From the NCBI RefSeq assembly GCF_001194135.2, contig NC_068984.1, positions 111,211,665-111,275,664 on the forward strand: a stretch of 64,000 nt of DNA, in the 5' to 3' direction. Numbering within the stretch: the first letter of the stretch is position 1; each line of letters opens with the position of its first letter. Positions 11,321 to 23,874 of this stretch are shown in pieces. The DNA is from Octopus bimaculoides (Eukaryota). Under the pieces are notes generated by a model, which saw nothing but the letters and a program-made list of their open reading frames with translations, did not search any database and was not told where the DNA came from. Made by a program: the position numbers and the translations under genes.

Positions 11321-12280
11321 CTCCTTAGATTTCAACTACCAAATTCACTCACACGGCTTTGGTCAGTCTATGGCAATATCTAAAGCCCCTTGGTCAAGGT
11401 AACATGCTGTGGGACTGAACCTAAAACCACAAGTTTACCAAGTAAACTTGTTGACCACACAGCTCAGCATTAACCACAGAAATAAACATAGATCAAATGA
11501 ATCGCTTACTAAAAGCCATTCCAAATGTGGCCATCTAAACTCAACCAAAGTGTAGATCCATGTTTTAAAACGGTGATAAGGTGTGATTTGAGGCAAATTT
11601 GCCTGCTCCATCTACTAGGTCAAAGGACAGCATTGGTGGCCCTCTTATTGACTCATCAGTCATACTGGGCTAATACAAACAAACAAGAGAAAACTTAATA
11701 CTAAGTATACACTATTTAAATTTAAGTGAAACATAAATAAAAAGATACTTTTTTTTTTCATTTGATTTTGTGTATTTTGAATTTTGAGAGACAAATAAAC
11801 AGCACTTGACCGAAGAAGCATCTGTGAATGTTATCACAACATTTATCGAGTGGCTTGTTTACTCTAAATACCATTTTTAGGGAGTAACTCTGAGTAATTA
11901 ATGCCGGCACTATCATCGCCAACATCGTCACCATCACTACCATCGCTGCCATCGTCGTCGTCACCACCATCGTCACCAGCAGCAGCACCACCACCACCAT
12001 CCACAATCACCGCAATCACCACCGCTACCACCAATACCACCACAACAACTTCAACAACTACAAACACCACCAATACCACCACAGCCACCACCACTACCAC
12101 CAACAACATCATCATCATCATCATCATTATTACCATTACCCTTCTCCTACAGCTACTCTTCCCTCCTCCTCCTCATCATCATCATTGTCGTCATTGTTGT
12201 CATCATCGTATGTTTATATTTGTGTGTGCATGTGTGTATGTGTATACATTCATGCATGTATAAATATATATAAATCAATC

Positions 12281-12315
<35 letters not shown>

Positions 12316-12649
12316 TTACACACATTCTTCACATGCTCACACACTCATACTTATGCACTCACTCACACTCATATATACACACTGATATATTCTCACAAAT
12401 GTTTCAGGTAACTTAATTGCAAACTCTTAAATACTAACATACATTAATTGTCTGCTAAAGAACAGAAGAGCACATTTTTTTCCTCACTCTTGAAGCATTT
12501 AAAATCTAGTGACTATATGGTAAGAAACTATAGGTGCAGGAGTGGCTGTGTTGTTAGGAGCTATAGAGGCAAGTGTCTTCTACTATAGCCTCGGGCCAGC
12601 CAAAGCCTTGTAAGTGAATTTGGTAGATGGAAACTGAAAGAAGCCCGTC

Positions 12650-12694
<45 letters not shown>

Positions 12695-12734
12695 TGTATA
12701 TATATATATAAGTGTATATATATATATATATATA

Positions 12735-12929
12735 TATATGGGAGAATATACAAAAAATAACAACAGACGAGGACAGGTGGTGTAAATAACAAAAGTATAT
12801 ATTAGTATGACGCTCGGGAATACGGAAAGTCTTTGACGTTTCGAGCTACGCTCTTCAACAGAAAGAATACGGAGACAAGGAGAAAAACACGGAGAAAAAA
12901 AATTGAATAGTGTTCAGTCAACGGTCAAT
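12735..12929 (-). mobile_element. ~195-bp non-coding element with a minimal hammerhead motif (PLE pLTR-like)
   Basis: Near-identical reverse complement of 31790-31985. HHR motif at 12830-12866 (minus): TCTTT-CTGTTGA-A-GAGC(GTA)GCTC-GAAA-CG-TC-AAAGA. The 3' end abuts (TA)n. Confidence 0.75.
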
Positions 12930-13147
12930 ATAAAGGCATTACTATAGAAGAATGCCTCATGCTAAAACTACCATCATAAACACATTTTTACTGAATGCAA
13001 GGAAATGCAACTCTCAAAAACTGGCTTCCCAAAAACAGACTTAACTATATATCGAACGATTTCACAATTATTACAATAGTATGTAACTTTCAATCATCAG
13101 TATAGTATGGTCAAAATATATAAAAATAAACAAAAGATTCAACATAT

Positions 13148-13890
13148 TATTATTATTATTATTATTCAGGTCACTGCTCGCGCTTTTAACCACTATGCCA
13201 TATGCCCGTGGGCATATGGCGTAGTGGTTAAGAGCGTGGGCTACTAACGCCAAGATTTGGAGTTCGATTCCAGGCAGTGACCTGAATAATAATAATAATA
13301 ATAACAACATTGAAAAATACTTTAGGAATGAGAAACCAGGTTCAAAATTTCCCCAAGACACCTGAAGAAGGCTGGAGGGTATATCAGCCGAAACAAACAA
13401 GATGAGGACAAATATCCGTCAATTTTAAATAATGTACATAATTCCTCATCTCTTAAATATAGAACTGTATTATTTACATTTGACGGATATTTGTCCTCAT
13501 CTTGTTTGTTGTTAACGCTATGTTTCAGCTGATATACCCTTCAGCATTTATCAGGTGTCTTGGGAAATTTCGAACCTGGGTTCTCATTCTTAAGGTATTT
13601 TTCGAAGTAATTATTATTATTATTATTCAGGTCACAACCTGGAATCGGCATAGGGCTTAGTGGTTAGGAGAGCAGGCTACTAACCACAAGATTCCGAGTT
13701 CATTTCCCGGCTGTGATCCGAATAATAATAGTAACAATAATAATAATAATTACATCGAAAAATACCTTAGAAATGAGAACCGAAGTTCGAAATTTCCCTG
13801 AGACGCCTGACAAAGGTTGAAGGGTATATCAGCTGAAACGTGTTAACAACAAACAACATGAGTACCAATATCCGTCAAATGTTAATAATG
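13148..13890. mobile_element. Array of four alternately inverted units of a tRNA-head + (AAT)n + hammerhead-bearing SINE
   Basis: + unit 13210-13445: A box TGGCGTAGTGG (13217-13227), B box GAGTTCGATTCC (13260-13271), (AAT)n, then GACAC-CTGAAGA-A-GGCTG(10 nt)CAGCC-GAAAC (13357-13394). Inverted partial units at about 13148-13207 and 13470-13647; second + unit at about 13648-13890. Confidence 0.8.
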
Positions 13891-14519
13891 TGTGTATGTA
13901 TATATATATATATATATAGATAGATGTGTGTATGTATTTGTGTGTCTGTTTGTGCCCCCCCCACCACCACCAATACCGTTAATGGACAACCAATGTTGGT
14001 GTGTTTGCATCCCTGTAACTTAAAGGTTCAGCACAAGAACTGATAGAATAAGTACTAGGCTTACAAAGACTAGGCCCTGGGGTCGATTTGTTCGACTGAA
14101 GCTGGTGCTCCAGCATGGCTGCAGTCAAATGACTGAAACAAGTAAAAGAATAAAAGAAAGGCTTTTTTTAAAAATCTGTTGGAACAAATAAATTCGAAGT
14201 GTTAGAGATAAATAAAATACAGCAAGATCGTTAGACTAACAGAAACATTAGCAGATTGAAATGACTAAATGAGACAAACCAGATACAGACTTCAAATTGC
14301 AAGATGTGCTGCTGCAGCATGGTGTAGCTGTTATTTAAAAGTTGTGAGTGTTCCCTAGTCATCGTCGTCGTCGTCATCATCATCATCCAGTGTTTTAAAT
14401 CCGGGTTTTGTCCCTGTTAACGGGGGTGGTGGGATCTACCTCAATGCCATAGCAATGAGGCTTTTTCGGATTTGGATTTTCCACGGGGAGCATGCCCTTG
14501 CTTACCCCCAATCTGCCGG

Positions 14520-16162
14520 CGGGTAACTGTAGATTAAAACAAAAATAGCTGTGCTATAGACGTAGTGTATAAATGTATAGTGATTTTGAAGGATAATAAC
14601 TGTAGTAATAATGATAACATAAATACTACTTACATTGGATCGACTTCCGATAAAATTAAATCCTGGGTGGCTCAACATATGAATTCTTTTAAGAACAGAA
14701 ATTTAATGAACTTTACGGTCCTTAGTAAATACATTTGGGAACTTAAATCAAAAAGAATAGAATACGAGTTAAAATGGGAAATAGTTTTCAAGACTAAATC
14801 ATATAGGATAGGGAATACATTTCTACTTATTATGTACAAACGAATTTAAAAAGATATTATTAGCTTATAAAAAAATTAATCATCTCCCACGATGAACGTT
14901 ATATTAAATGCAGACATAAATTAAATTACTTATATAATAAGTTTAGATAACTAATTTATCTATTTAAACCTAAGATTAGGTACCAACTTATAGTTGTGAT
15001 CAGTAGCGTACAATACATCAATTTAGCTTTATAATGCACCTTAATCATCACAATATTATACAAAATTGGAACATACTTTAAATATTCAACGATAATATGA
15101 GCAGTCTTTTACAATGTTTCAGAACAGTATTTAAGTAATTTATAACTTTCGTATTTGGTATAGTTATTATTCTGCGTTAATCTGAGAGTTTTAAGTATTT
15201 TAATATTATTAATCTTCAATAAACTTCTTATTTTAGGTAGATTTTCTTTTTCGATATTTTCGTTATTATTTTAGTAATTATGATACGTTTTTACCTCTGG
15301 TAATGGATGGCATGTTTATCACGTGACTTTTCAGTATTAATTTTCATAGCATTATTTACGTAATATAGAATTTTCGTATGTGTATAGTTTTTACTCTGCG
15401 TTAATTTGCAAGTTTAAGTATTTTAGTATTTTTAATCCTCAAGAAATGTTTTATTTTAGGTAGAATTTCTTTCTCGATATTTTCGTTATTATTTTAGTAA
15501 TTATAATACGCATGTACTTCTGGGTAATAGACGCCATATTTATCACGTGACCTTTTAGTATAAATTGTATAGCACAGCCATTTTTGTTTTAATCTAGTTA
15601 CCCGCGGGGAGGTAAGTCATGTTTTCATTTTTTAATTTTATAAACAATATTGACATCCGTTTTTTAGTAACTTTATACACTAACACATTTTTTTTACTAT
15701 TATCTACTTATTCCATAATGTTTTAACCTTGTTTACTATAATACTCTTTTCCAATATTTTTAGATTGTAACACTTAATAATTACATTAATACCGTTAATG
15801 TAGGGATTAGTTTACAGATTTTGTCTCTTTATATATATTTTTATCTCTCATGTTTATGTTTATTCCTTGGTTGATTTTAGGTATTTTCTTAAGGATTTCA
15901 CCTGAAGAGTGACTGATTTTGGGAGTAAAATTATTTCCACGTTCTAATGAAATCGGATAGAATTTGCTTATTATTTTATATAGTCCTATTTCAGCCATGA
16001 AACGTGCGTTTTCTAGGTACTAGCACAAACTTTTTACATTTATACCTCCATACTGTATATTTTCGTATTAATTTTTACTCTCCAATTTATAAATTTGACT
16101 TTTAAACTTTTTTTAACTGAGTTGTAGAGTGGTGGTTCGTCTCTAAATTAGTTATATACATA
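14520..16162 (+). mobile_element. 5'-truncated Penelope-like element: GIY-YIG endonuclease C-terminus, 3' UTR, 2 x ~224-bp tandem unit, pLTR-like region with intron-like segment and HHR
   Basis: ORF 14565-14849 VYKC...YIG (14631-14639)...HMNSFKNRNLMNFTVLSKYIWELK..KWEIV. Inverted segment 14520-14558 versus 15568-15604; donor GTAAGT at 15612; acceptor TTTTAG at 15880; HHR-like 15902-16010. Collinear second copy at 49990-52820. Confidence 0.85.
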
Positions 16163-16361
16163 NNNNNNNNNNAATATACATACACACACACACATACATG
16201 ACAGGCTTCTTTCAGTTTCCTTCTACTAAATCCACTCACAACGCTTTAGTCAGTCAGAGGCTATAAGAGAAGATACTTGCCCAAGGAGCCATGCAGTGGG
16301 AGGACTGAGCCGGAAACCATGTGATTGGGAAGTTTTTTACCGCACAGCCATACCTAGTGTT

Positions 16362-16625
16362 GTTAAGTCATTTGTAGTCATATTTCTATTGAAAATACAA
16401 TTTTTGTCTTTGTAATTAATTTTGAAGCTAATGAAGAATATAGCAAAATATCATCATCGTGATTAAGTTGATGTTTGGAAAAACATAAATTAGCATGAAA
16501 TTTTAATAGGATTACTTTAAGGCAAAAAGTTCTTACTATAAAGCCAAGTAAGCAGTTTAAACTGGTGTTTGGAACATAAATTAGAAGAAGTCTTGTTACA
16601 GGGGTTACATTTAGATCACTTTAAC
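16362..16625. mobile_element. Degenerate piggyBac-type MITE fragment
   Basis: TTAAGTCATTTGTAGTCATATTTCTATTGAAAATACA and later TTTGGAACATAAATT resemble the subterminal region of the TTAA element at 50455-50620. Confidence 0.4.
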
Positions 16626-18144
16626 ATAAGTTCATATCATATCACCGGGGAAAGGTAGTGAGCTAGCAGAATCATTAGCATACTAGACAAAGTGCCGAGG
16701 TCAACTTATCCATTCAGGCTTGATGAAATAAGTATCGGTTGTGGCATGAGGTCAATGTAATCAGTTAGCCCCTTCCCCCAAATTTTCAGGCCTTGTTCTT
16801 ATTGCGAAAAGGATTATATAACCAGGGACATTGGTCTCAAAAGGGCTCAAACAAAGGCTCTTTTTAAGTTTCCGCTTGCATGTATGGCTTGTATGTCTTT
16901 TGCTTTTGTAACAAGTGATGATGATAAATCTACACCTTTCATTGTGTAAGCTTCCTCTCAGTACTTCCTCTATGTGTATATCATCCAATATATATATATA
17001 TATATATATATANNNNNNNNNNNNNNNNNNNNNNNNNNNNNNNNNNNNNNNNNNNNNNNNNNNNNNNNNNNNNNNNNNNNNNNNNNNNNNNNNNNNNNNN
17101 NNNNNNNNNNNNNNNNNNNNNNNNNNNNNNNNNNNNNNNNNNNNNNNNNNNNNNNNNNNNNNNNNNNNNNNNNNNNNNNNNNNNNNNNNNNNNNNNNNNN
17201 NNNNNNNNNNNNNNNNNNNNNNNNNNNNNNNNNNNNNNNNNNNNNNNNNNNNNNNNNNNNNNNNNNNNNNNNNNNNNNNNNNNNNNNNNNNNNNNNNNNN
17301 NNNNNNNNNNNNNNNNNNNNNNNNNNNNNNNNNNNNNNNNNNNNNNNNNNNNNNNNNNNNNNNNNNNNNNNNNNNNNNNNNNNNNNNNNNNNNNNNNNNN
17401 NNNNNNNNNNNNNNNNNNNNNNNNNNNNNNNNNNNNNNNNNNNNNNNNNNNNNNNNNNNNNNNNNNNNNNNNNNNNNNNNNNNNNNNNNNNNNNNNNNNN
17501 NNNNNNNNNNNNNNNNNNNNNNNNNNNNNNNNNNNNNNNNNNNNNNNNNNNNNNNNNNNNNNNNNNNNNNNNNNNNNNNNNNNNNNNNNNNNNNNNNNNN
17601 NNNNNNNNNNNNNNNNNNNNNNNNNNNNNNNNNNNNNNNNNNNNNNNNNNNNNNNNNNNNNNNNNNNNNNNNNNNNNNNNNNNNNNNNNNNNNNNNNNNN
17701 NNNNNNNNNNNNNNNNNNNNNNNNNNNNNNNNNNNNNNNNNNNNNNNNNNNNNNNNNNNNNNNNNNNNNNNNNNNNNNNNNNNNNNNNNNNNNNNNNNNN
17801 NNNNNNNNNNNNNNATACATATATATATTGATATGTATAAATATATATATATATATTGATATGTATAATTATATATATATATATGTTTATACATATCAAT
17901 ATGTATATATATATATATATATACATACATATATATATTGATATGTATAAATATATATATATATATTGATATGTATAATTATATATATATATATGTTTAT
18001 ACATATCAATATGTATATATATATATACATACACACACATATATACACATATATATATATACATATAAGTATACATACACGCACACATGCATGCACACAC
18101 ACACACACACATTCACACACACACATATACACATATATACATGT

Positions 18145-18722
18145 CAGGTTTCTTGGTCACACCATGACCATTAGGAGCAAGCTCAACATGCAGCTACTCC
18201 TTGAATTCCACCAAACACACAACATGACGTTCAATTTGACAACAGGTTCTGAAGCCTGGTCAGAACAAAACCACTGATTTCTCTTAGCATTATGAAAACA
18301 GATCCATTTTACATCACCAGCTGCAATTCAACATCTAAAACTGGAATCTCAAGGACATGCAAGCAGTTGTTTGCAAATGTCCACATGTCATTGAACCTGG
18401 TAATCAGTCAGGTCATGAAGAACTTCTTGATAGCATCTGTTTACAAGGCCGAGCTTATAGAGTTATCAATTGATAGTACTTTGTGAAGGACCAAGTTTTA
18501 CTGTCTATGTGCAATTATACGTGTTTGACTTTTGTTCAACCATCTCAATTAAGGCCTCATCTTCTACAACAGACAGTCTCCTTAACCTTGGTTTGTCTTT
18601 GAGGCTGGTGTCACCTTTTTTGAAATGTTTGAACCAGTTCTGTACCCCTTATTCGTTGACAGCTGCTGGGTCCTCCATATCATTAATTCCTCTTGATACT
18701 GCCCTGGCACTCAGTCCTTTTG
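18145..18722 (-). mobile_element. Mariner transposase fragment (HTH to first catalytic Asp region), pseudogenised
   Basis: Minus-strand manual translation: KGLSARAVSRGIND..RVQNWFKHFKKGDTSLKDKPR..EDEALIEMVEQ..LGPSQSTIN..HDLT..HVDICKQLL..IAAGDVKWI..VMLCVWWN. These match mariner WF..F..G...LED..RSGRP, TGDEKW and VMLCVWW motifs. Confidence 0.85.
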
Positions 18723-20578
18723 CCCACAGGTAATGTAAAATGGTTCTAATTAGAATTTTTCACCACTCATTATCAAAGCTGTAAATTAAAGAATAAGCAA
18801 TTATTGTCTATACAAGAAAATGAAGAATGAATATTTCAACAACTGGACAAGAAGTTTTATCAAATTAATGATACAGTATGGAGGTACAAGTTGCAAGAAA
18901 TCATCAGTGGAAATCCAAAGAAACTTTTGACTTAAATTGGTATGTATGTACGTACGTACGTACGTACGTACGTACGTCTGTATGTATGTATTTATCTATG
19001 TATGTATGTATACATTATATGAATGTATACACGCATACAACAGTACATTATTATGTAGTTAACACCAAAATTTGAAAAAATAAGAAAATGTTAGATGAAA
19101 AAATACACTAAAAATTTCAGGTTAATTAGCAAAGTGAAGATTCATCAGAATTAGTTAAATATTTGACAGAATTACAGCTCTAATTCAATAAAATTCTTGA
19201 AAAACAGACACAGACAAATGTGATTGAATTTACAAAATCCATGTATTCAACAATAATATATATCAATTAGATACCAGCAAATGAATTAAATATTCCTTTA
19301 AAGTGGGTATTTTTTCTTCAATTTTGTTTTATAAATCATCTCATTTTTAAGTATTTGTTGTTTCTTTTTGTTTGGCTTATTTTTGTCTAATTGTGTTTTT
19401 TATATTTTAAAGTATCAATTTCTGTTGGGAACAGTTTTCCTTTTTTTTTTTTTTTTTGGTTTTATAGAGGATGGTTGATGGGGTCAGATTATTCTTAGAC
19501 TAATTTAATCGTTAATCTACAATGGTAATTCGACAATGTCCATAACCAAATTGTTTTAAATTGATAAGAAAAAAAAAGAAAAACAAAAGGATTAATCTGC
19601 TCTATCTCTATCACCCTCATTCTCTCTATCACCCTCCTTTCTCTCTGCCTCTCTCTCCTTCTCTGCCTCTCTCTTTTGTTCTCTCTGCACCTCTTTCTAA
19701 CTCTCTTTCTGTCTCCAGCCATTACCCGGTTACATACACGAAAAGATGTGATAATAATAATAATAAAAATAATTACAATAAGCAACTCAAATAAACAAAT
19801 ATCAATAAATATGAAAATAAGAAAAATATTCTGAATCAAAAAGAACAATACACACCCATCCCAACCTCACCCCACACTTTAAAACCAACCCCCAACACCA
19901 ACCTCCAAAAACCAAAACTTAAACAATGATTAGAAGATTTCCCATCACGCATTATTAATTCAGACACAAATATATGTAATATTAACTTGCATTAGAAATT
20001 TTCTTTAATACCACGTCTTTTGAAAATTGGAAAAAAATTTCTAAAATGACCCAATATACAACGAGGATTAATTAACAATTAATTTTGTTTCTGTAGCCCA
20101 ATGGAAGATATTGGCCAAAGGTCAAGACTTTTAAAAATCTTATTAATCACGTTTGCTCTCAAATACGAATGTTTGTGAGATGTAGGCTTGATAAAGAGGA
20201 TGAGAGAAGACTATCTGACAATGCGAAAATTATTGCTTAGTTATATATGTTTTTATATATTTATTATCCTTATTTATGTATTTATTTTATTTTGTTAATT
20301 TCATTTATTTTATTCATTTAATCTGTTCATTTTATATATATATATATTTTTGATATATGAATTAAAAATGAATGATGACTGACCTACATATGAATATGTA
20401 AACAAGCATTTAAATATATATGCATACACACATACACACATATATGCGCGGATGCATGAGTGTTTATATTTATGAATATATATATATATATATAAGTGTA
20501 TTTGGGTATAAATACATATGTGTAGATGTATATATTATATATATGTGTGTGAATATTATATATGTGTATGTATAGATG

Positions 20579-20639
<61 letters not shown>

Positions 20640-20842
20640 GCACACATATATATATATATTTAGATACATAAAATATGCATTTATTTATAGGTATATATAT
20701 GTGTGTGTGTATACACATACATTAATACACACATATATGCATGAGCACAGACACATATACATGTACACACACTCATTACATTAAGCTGCAGCGGACTTGA
20801 ACTATAATTCAGATGAAATTTTGACAGTGTATAAATACATAC

Positions 20843-20891
<49 letters not shown>

Positions 20892-21217
20892 NNNNNNNNN
20901 NNNNNNNNNNNNNNNNNNNNNNNNNNNNNNNNNNNNNNNNNNNNNNNNNNNNNNNNNNNNNNNNNNNNNNNNNNNNNNNNNNNNNNNNNNNNNNNNNNNN
21001 NNNNNNNNNNNNNNNNNNNNNNNNNNNNNNNNNNNNNNNNNNNNNNNNNNNNNNNNNNNNNNNNNNNNNNNNNNNNNNNNNNNNNNNNNNNNNNNNNNNN
21101 NNNNNNNNNNNNNNNNNNNNNNNNNNNNNNNNNNNNNNNNNNNNNNNNNNNNNNNNNNNNNNNNNNNNNNNNNNNNNNNNNNNNNNNNNNNNNNNNNNNN
21201 NNNNNNNNNNNNNNNNN

Positions 21218-21345
21218 AGGAAGGGCATCCAGCTGTAGAAACTCTGCCAAATCAGACTGGAGCCTGGTGTTGCCATCCGGTTTCACCAGTCCTCAGTCAA
21301 ATCGTCCAACCCATGCTAGCATGGAAAGCGGACGTTAAACGATGA

Positions 21346-21350
<5 letters not shown>
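21218..21350 (+). mobile_element. SINE/LINE-tail family C fragment with (GAT)n tail
   Basis: GGAAGGGCATCCAGCTGTAGAAACTCTGCC...AGCATGGAAAGCGGACGTTAAACGATGATGAT. Same family at about 6390-6510, 22130-22400, 35340-35530, 39270-39380, 57280-57540, 59820-59940 and 62762-62990. Confidence 0.75.
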
Positions 21351-21390
<40 letters not shown>

Positions 21391-22901
21391 TGTGTATTAT
21401 ATGTGAATATGTATATGTATATATATCTGTGTGTGTTTATGCAAGTATGTATAAATATATCTGTATATATATGTGTATGTGTGTGTACAGATTTATATGT
21501 TCTTATATTCTTTAAATAGTTCCAGTCATTGAGTTTGCATAAACATGTTCCGAAGGAATCCACTTAACAACACCTACATGATTTGCTGCTCCATTCTTCT
21601 CAATGATGCCTCATGTATTTTAAGCTAAGAACTTGGGAGACAAAAACTGGAGTTTAATTGATATCAACAAATTCAACACTTGACTACCACTTTAATTTAT
21701 TTACTCCAAAAAGATGTGTTGCAAGATCCAGTTGGCAAACCAAAGTTCTCAGATCTTCCAACCCTAATATTACAAACTAATGTATTTTTATGGAAAGAAA
21801 AGTGTTGCCATAAAGGATATTAATGCCTTTGCAAATTCGGCTCAACCACTCAATGCTGGCTAACTTTTGATGGGGGTATTAAACTTCAAATCAAGTATAC
21901 AAACTTTTCTGCCAAGTTGTTTGGCTGAAAATCCTAGAAGTATAGCTAGCAGTTATAAAAAACCCATCAAATTCAACCCCAAGCAAGAGGGCCATAAGTC
22001 ATTTAGAAAGATCTATGTCATTTGTCTCCGCAAATCGTTCATTCTCCCCTTCTTCCACTTTTATTACACATACTTACGTTTTACTCACCAAAAAGCACCA
22101 ACCTCAAGTTGTAATGTTTAGAAACATCATCATCATCATTATTTAACGACCTCTCTCCCTCCTGGCATAGTTTGGACGATTTCACAGGAGCTGGACAGCT
22201 GAAGAGCTGTCAAGGTTCCATGTCTATTTTGGCATGGTTTCTATGGCTGAATACCCTTCTTAATGCCAACCACTTTACAGAGTGTACTGGGTGCTTTTAT
22301 ACAGCTCCGGTAGGGATACCTTTTACATGGCACCAGCACTGACGAACCCATCAGGTTAGGATCATTCAGCTGAGGAGGGATGTAGGAGACATGCCTGTAT
22401 GGAAGAACAACCATGATTTTACTTATTTTGACATGTCTTCTCAAGCACAGAAAACAGTCAGAATTCTCACCCACTAAATATATTTGTGTTACCCACTAAA
22501 TAGGTCAATTACATAAAGGGATTAATTTCCTTGCTCTATCACCATTACATTATCCAATAAGTTACATGCAAAATATTCCTAACCGTCGTTTGTTGAATCT
22601 TATTTTATTTATTTATTGAATGTACAGTTTTAAATGCAATAATGCAGTTAATAAAGTATTTGAAGACTCAGTTAAACTTTAGTCTGATGATTGTTTACAC
22701 GTACCTCAGTTTTTGAACAGCCTAGGAAGAATATATGACTGTAGAAAAACAGTTAAGTTGATCTTGGTAGGATTTGAAATCAGAATGTTAAAAAAACCAC
22801 AAGAAATACAGCAAAGTATTGTGTCCAATGTTAACAATCATAATAATCTGCCATCATGTCTATCAAATTAATCTACTGGAGTAGGGCTGATTTGGTGTTA
22901 A

Positions 22902-23211
22902 CCCCTTCCCCAGTAACTTTTTTTGGAGAAAATGTTTCATTTTCAGACAAATTCTTTTTATCAGACGAGCTTGCACTCTCATCTGATGTATCCAAGCTTC
23001 TAATAGAAGGTTCATATTCATTGTCATCGTCTGAGCTCAACATCTGGGCGTAATTTGTAAAAGAAAAACATAAACATCAAGAAATACTAAGAATTGATGT
23101 ATAAACTTGTCTGTGGCTGTTTTTGAAATTATGTTTTGGACAAGTTTACTCATCGCACTCTGAAAAAGACAAATTGGTTGAAGACAAGTTGGGTCTTTGC
23201 TGGGTAAGGGG
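22902..23211 (-). mobile_element. 310-bp internally deleted piggyBac-like element
   Basis: TTAA at 22898-22901 and 23212-23215. 15-bp TIRs CCCCTTCCCCAGTAA and CCCCTTACCCAGCAA (13/15). The minus strand encodes an acidic start MLSSDDDNEYEPSIRSLDTSDESASSSD, typical of piggyBac N-termini. Confidence 0.75.
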
Positions 23212-23835
23212 TTAAACAACCATAACCAAAATGGAACCAGCAATGACAGAAGCAGCGTGTTTGCTTGAATGTTTCAACTGTAAATTGCCCATGTCAATAT
23301 TCTCTTCATTAGTCAATAACACTCATCATGATGATTATCTTCCATATATCTTAAACTTGTTTCAATCATTAGACTGAGCATCACCTTGAAGAATTTTTAG
23401 CCAAATGAATCAACTCACAGTACTTTTTTTTATTTTTCAAACCTGGTACTTATTCTATCCATCTCTTTTGCTGAACTGCTAAGTTACGGGGGTCATAAGC
23501 ATGCTAACAGCAGTTACCAAATAGTTGTAGGAGACAAACACAGATACAAAGACACATAAATCAAACAGTCTCTCTCATCATATGTCAGCTCTATCAGAGC
23601 GAACTTGCAGCGAAACAATCAGCAACAACATCAACAACAACAAAAATAACAACAGACACAACATATTTTATTGGTTTTAAGACGGACTGTTATCAAAATC
23701 AACTTAAGAAGGATTTGATCTCAGAACATCAAGGGTTGTAAACCAAACCACTAACGTTTTTGGATCATGTTTCCACTTCATCTGCAATTTATCCTCTGGT
23801 GCACACATCACTGATATCACAACGTTGTATCAGAT

Positions 23836-23874
<39 letters not shown>

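Noticed and set aside
11758-12263. Poly-Pro/Thr/His or Val/Asp ORFs (also 7937-8198, 58355-58740 and 59908-60180)
   Set aside because: Trinucleotide repeats (CAC, CAT, CCT) with no splice or homology support.
13210-13282. Functional tRNA gene (anticodon ACT)
   Set aside because: Acceptor and anticodon stems pair poorly, there is no oligo-T terminator, and it continues into the SINE body.
15807-15998. 63-aa minus-strand ORF intact in two copies (also 52330-52521)
   Set aside because: Manual comparison gives 8 non-synonymous versus 3 synonymous differences, close to neutral. It is antisense to the pLTR/HHR region and is explained by recent shared ancestry.
16761-18112. Long ORFs of 180-409 aa (also at 1.2-1.7, 20.7-21.3, 28, 42.3-43.5, 58.8-59.5 and 62.9-64 kb)
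   Set aside because: They span N gaps, so their length is an artefact.
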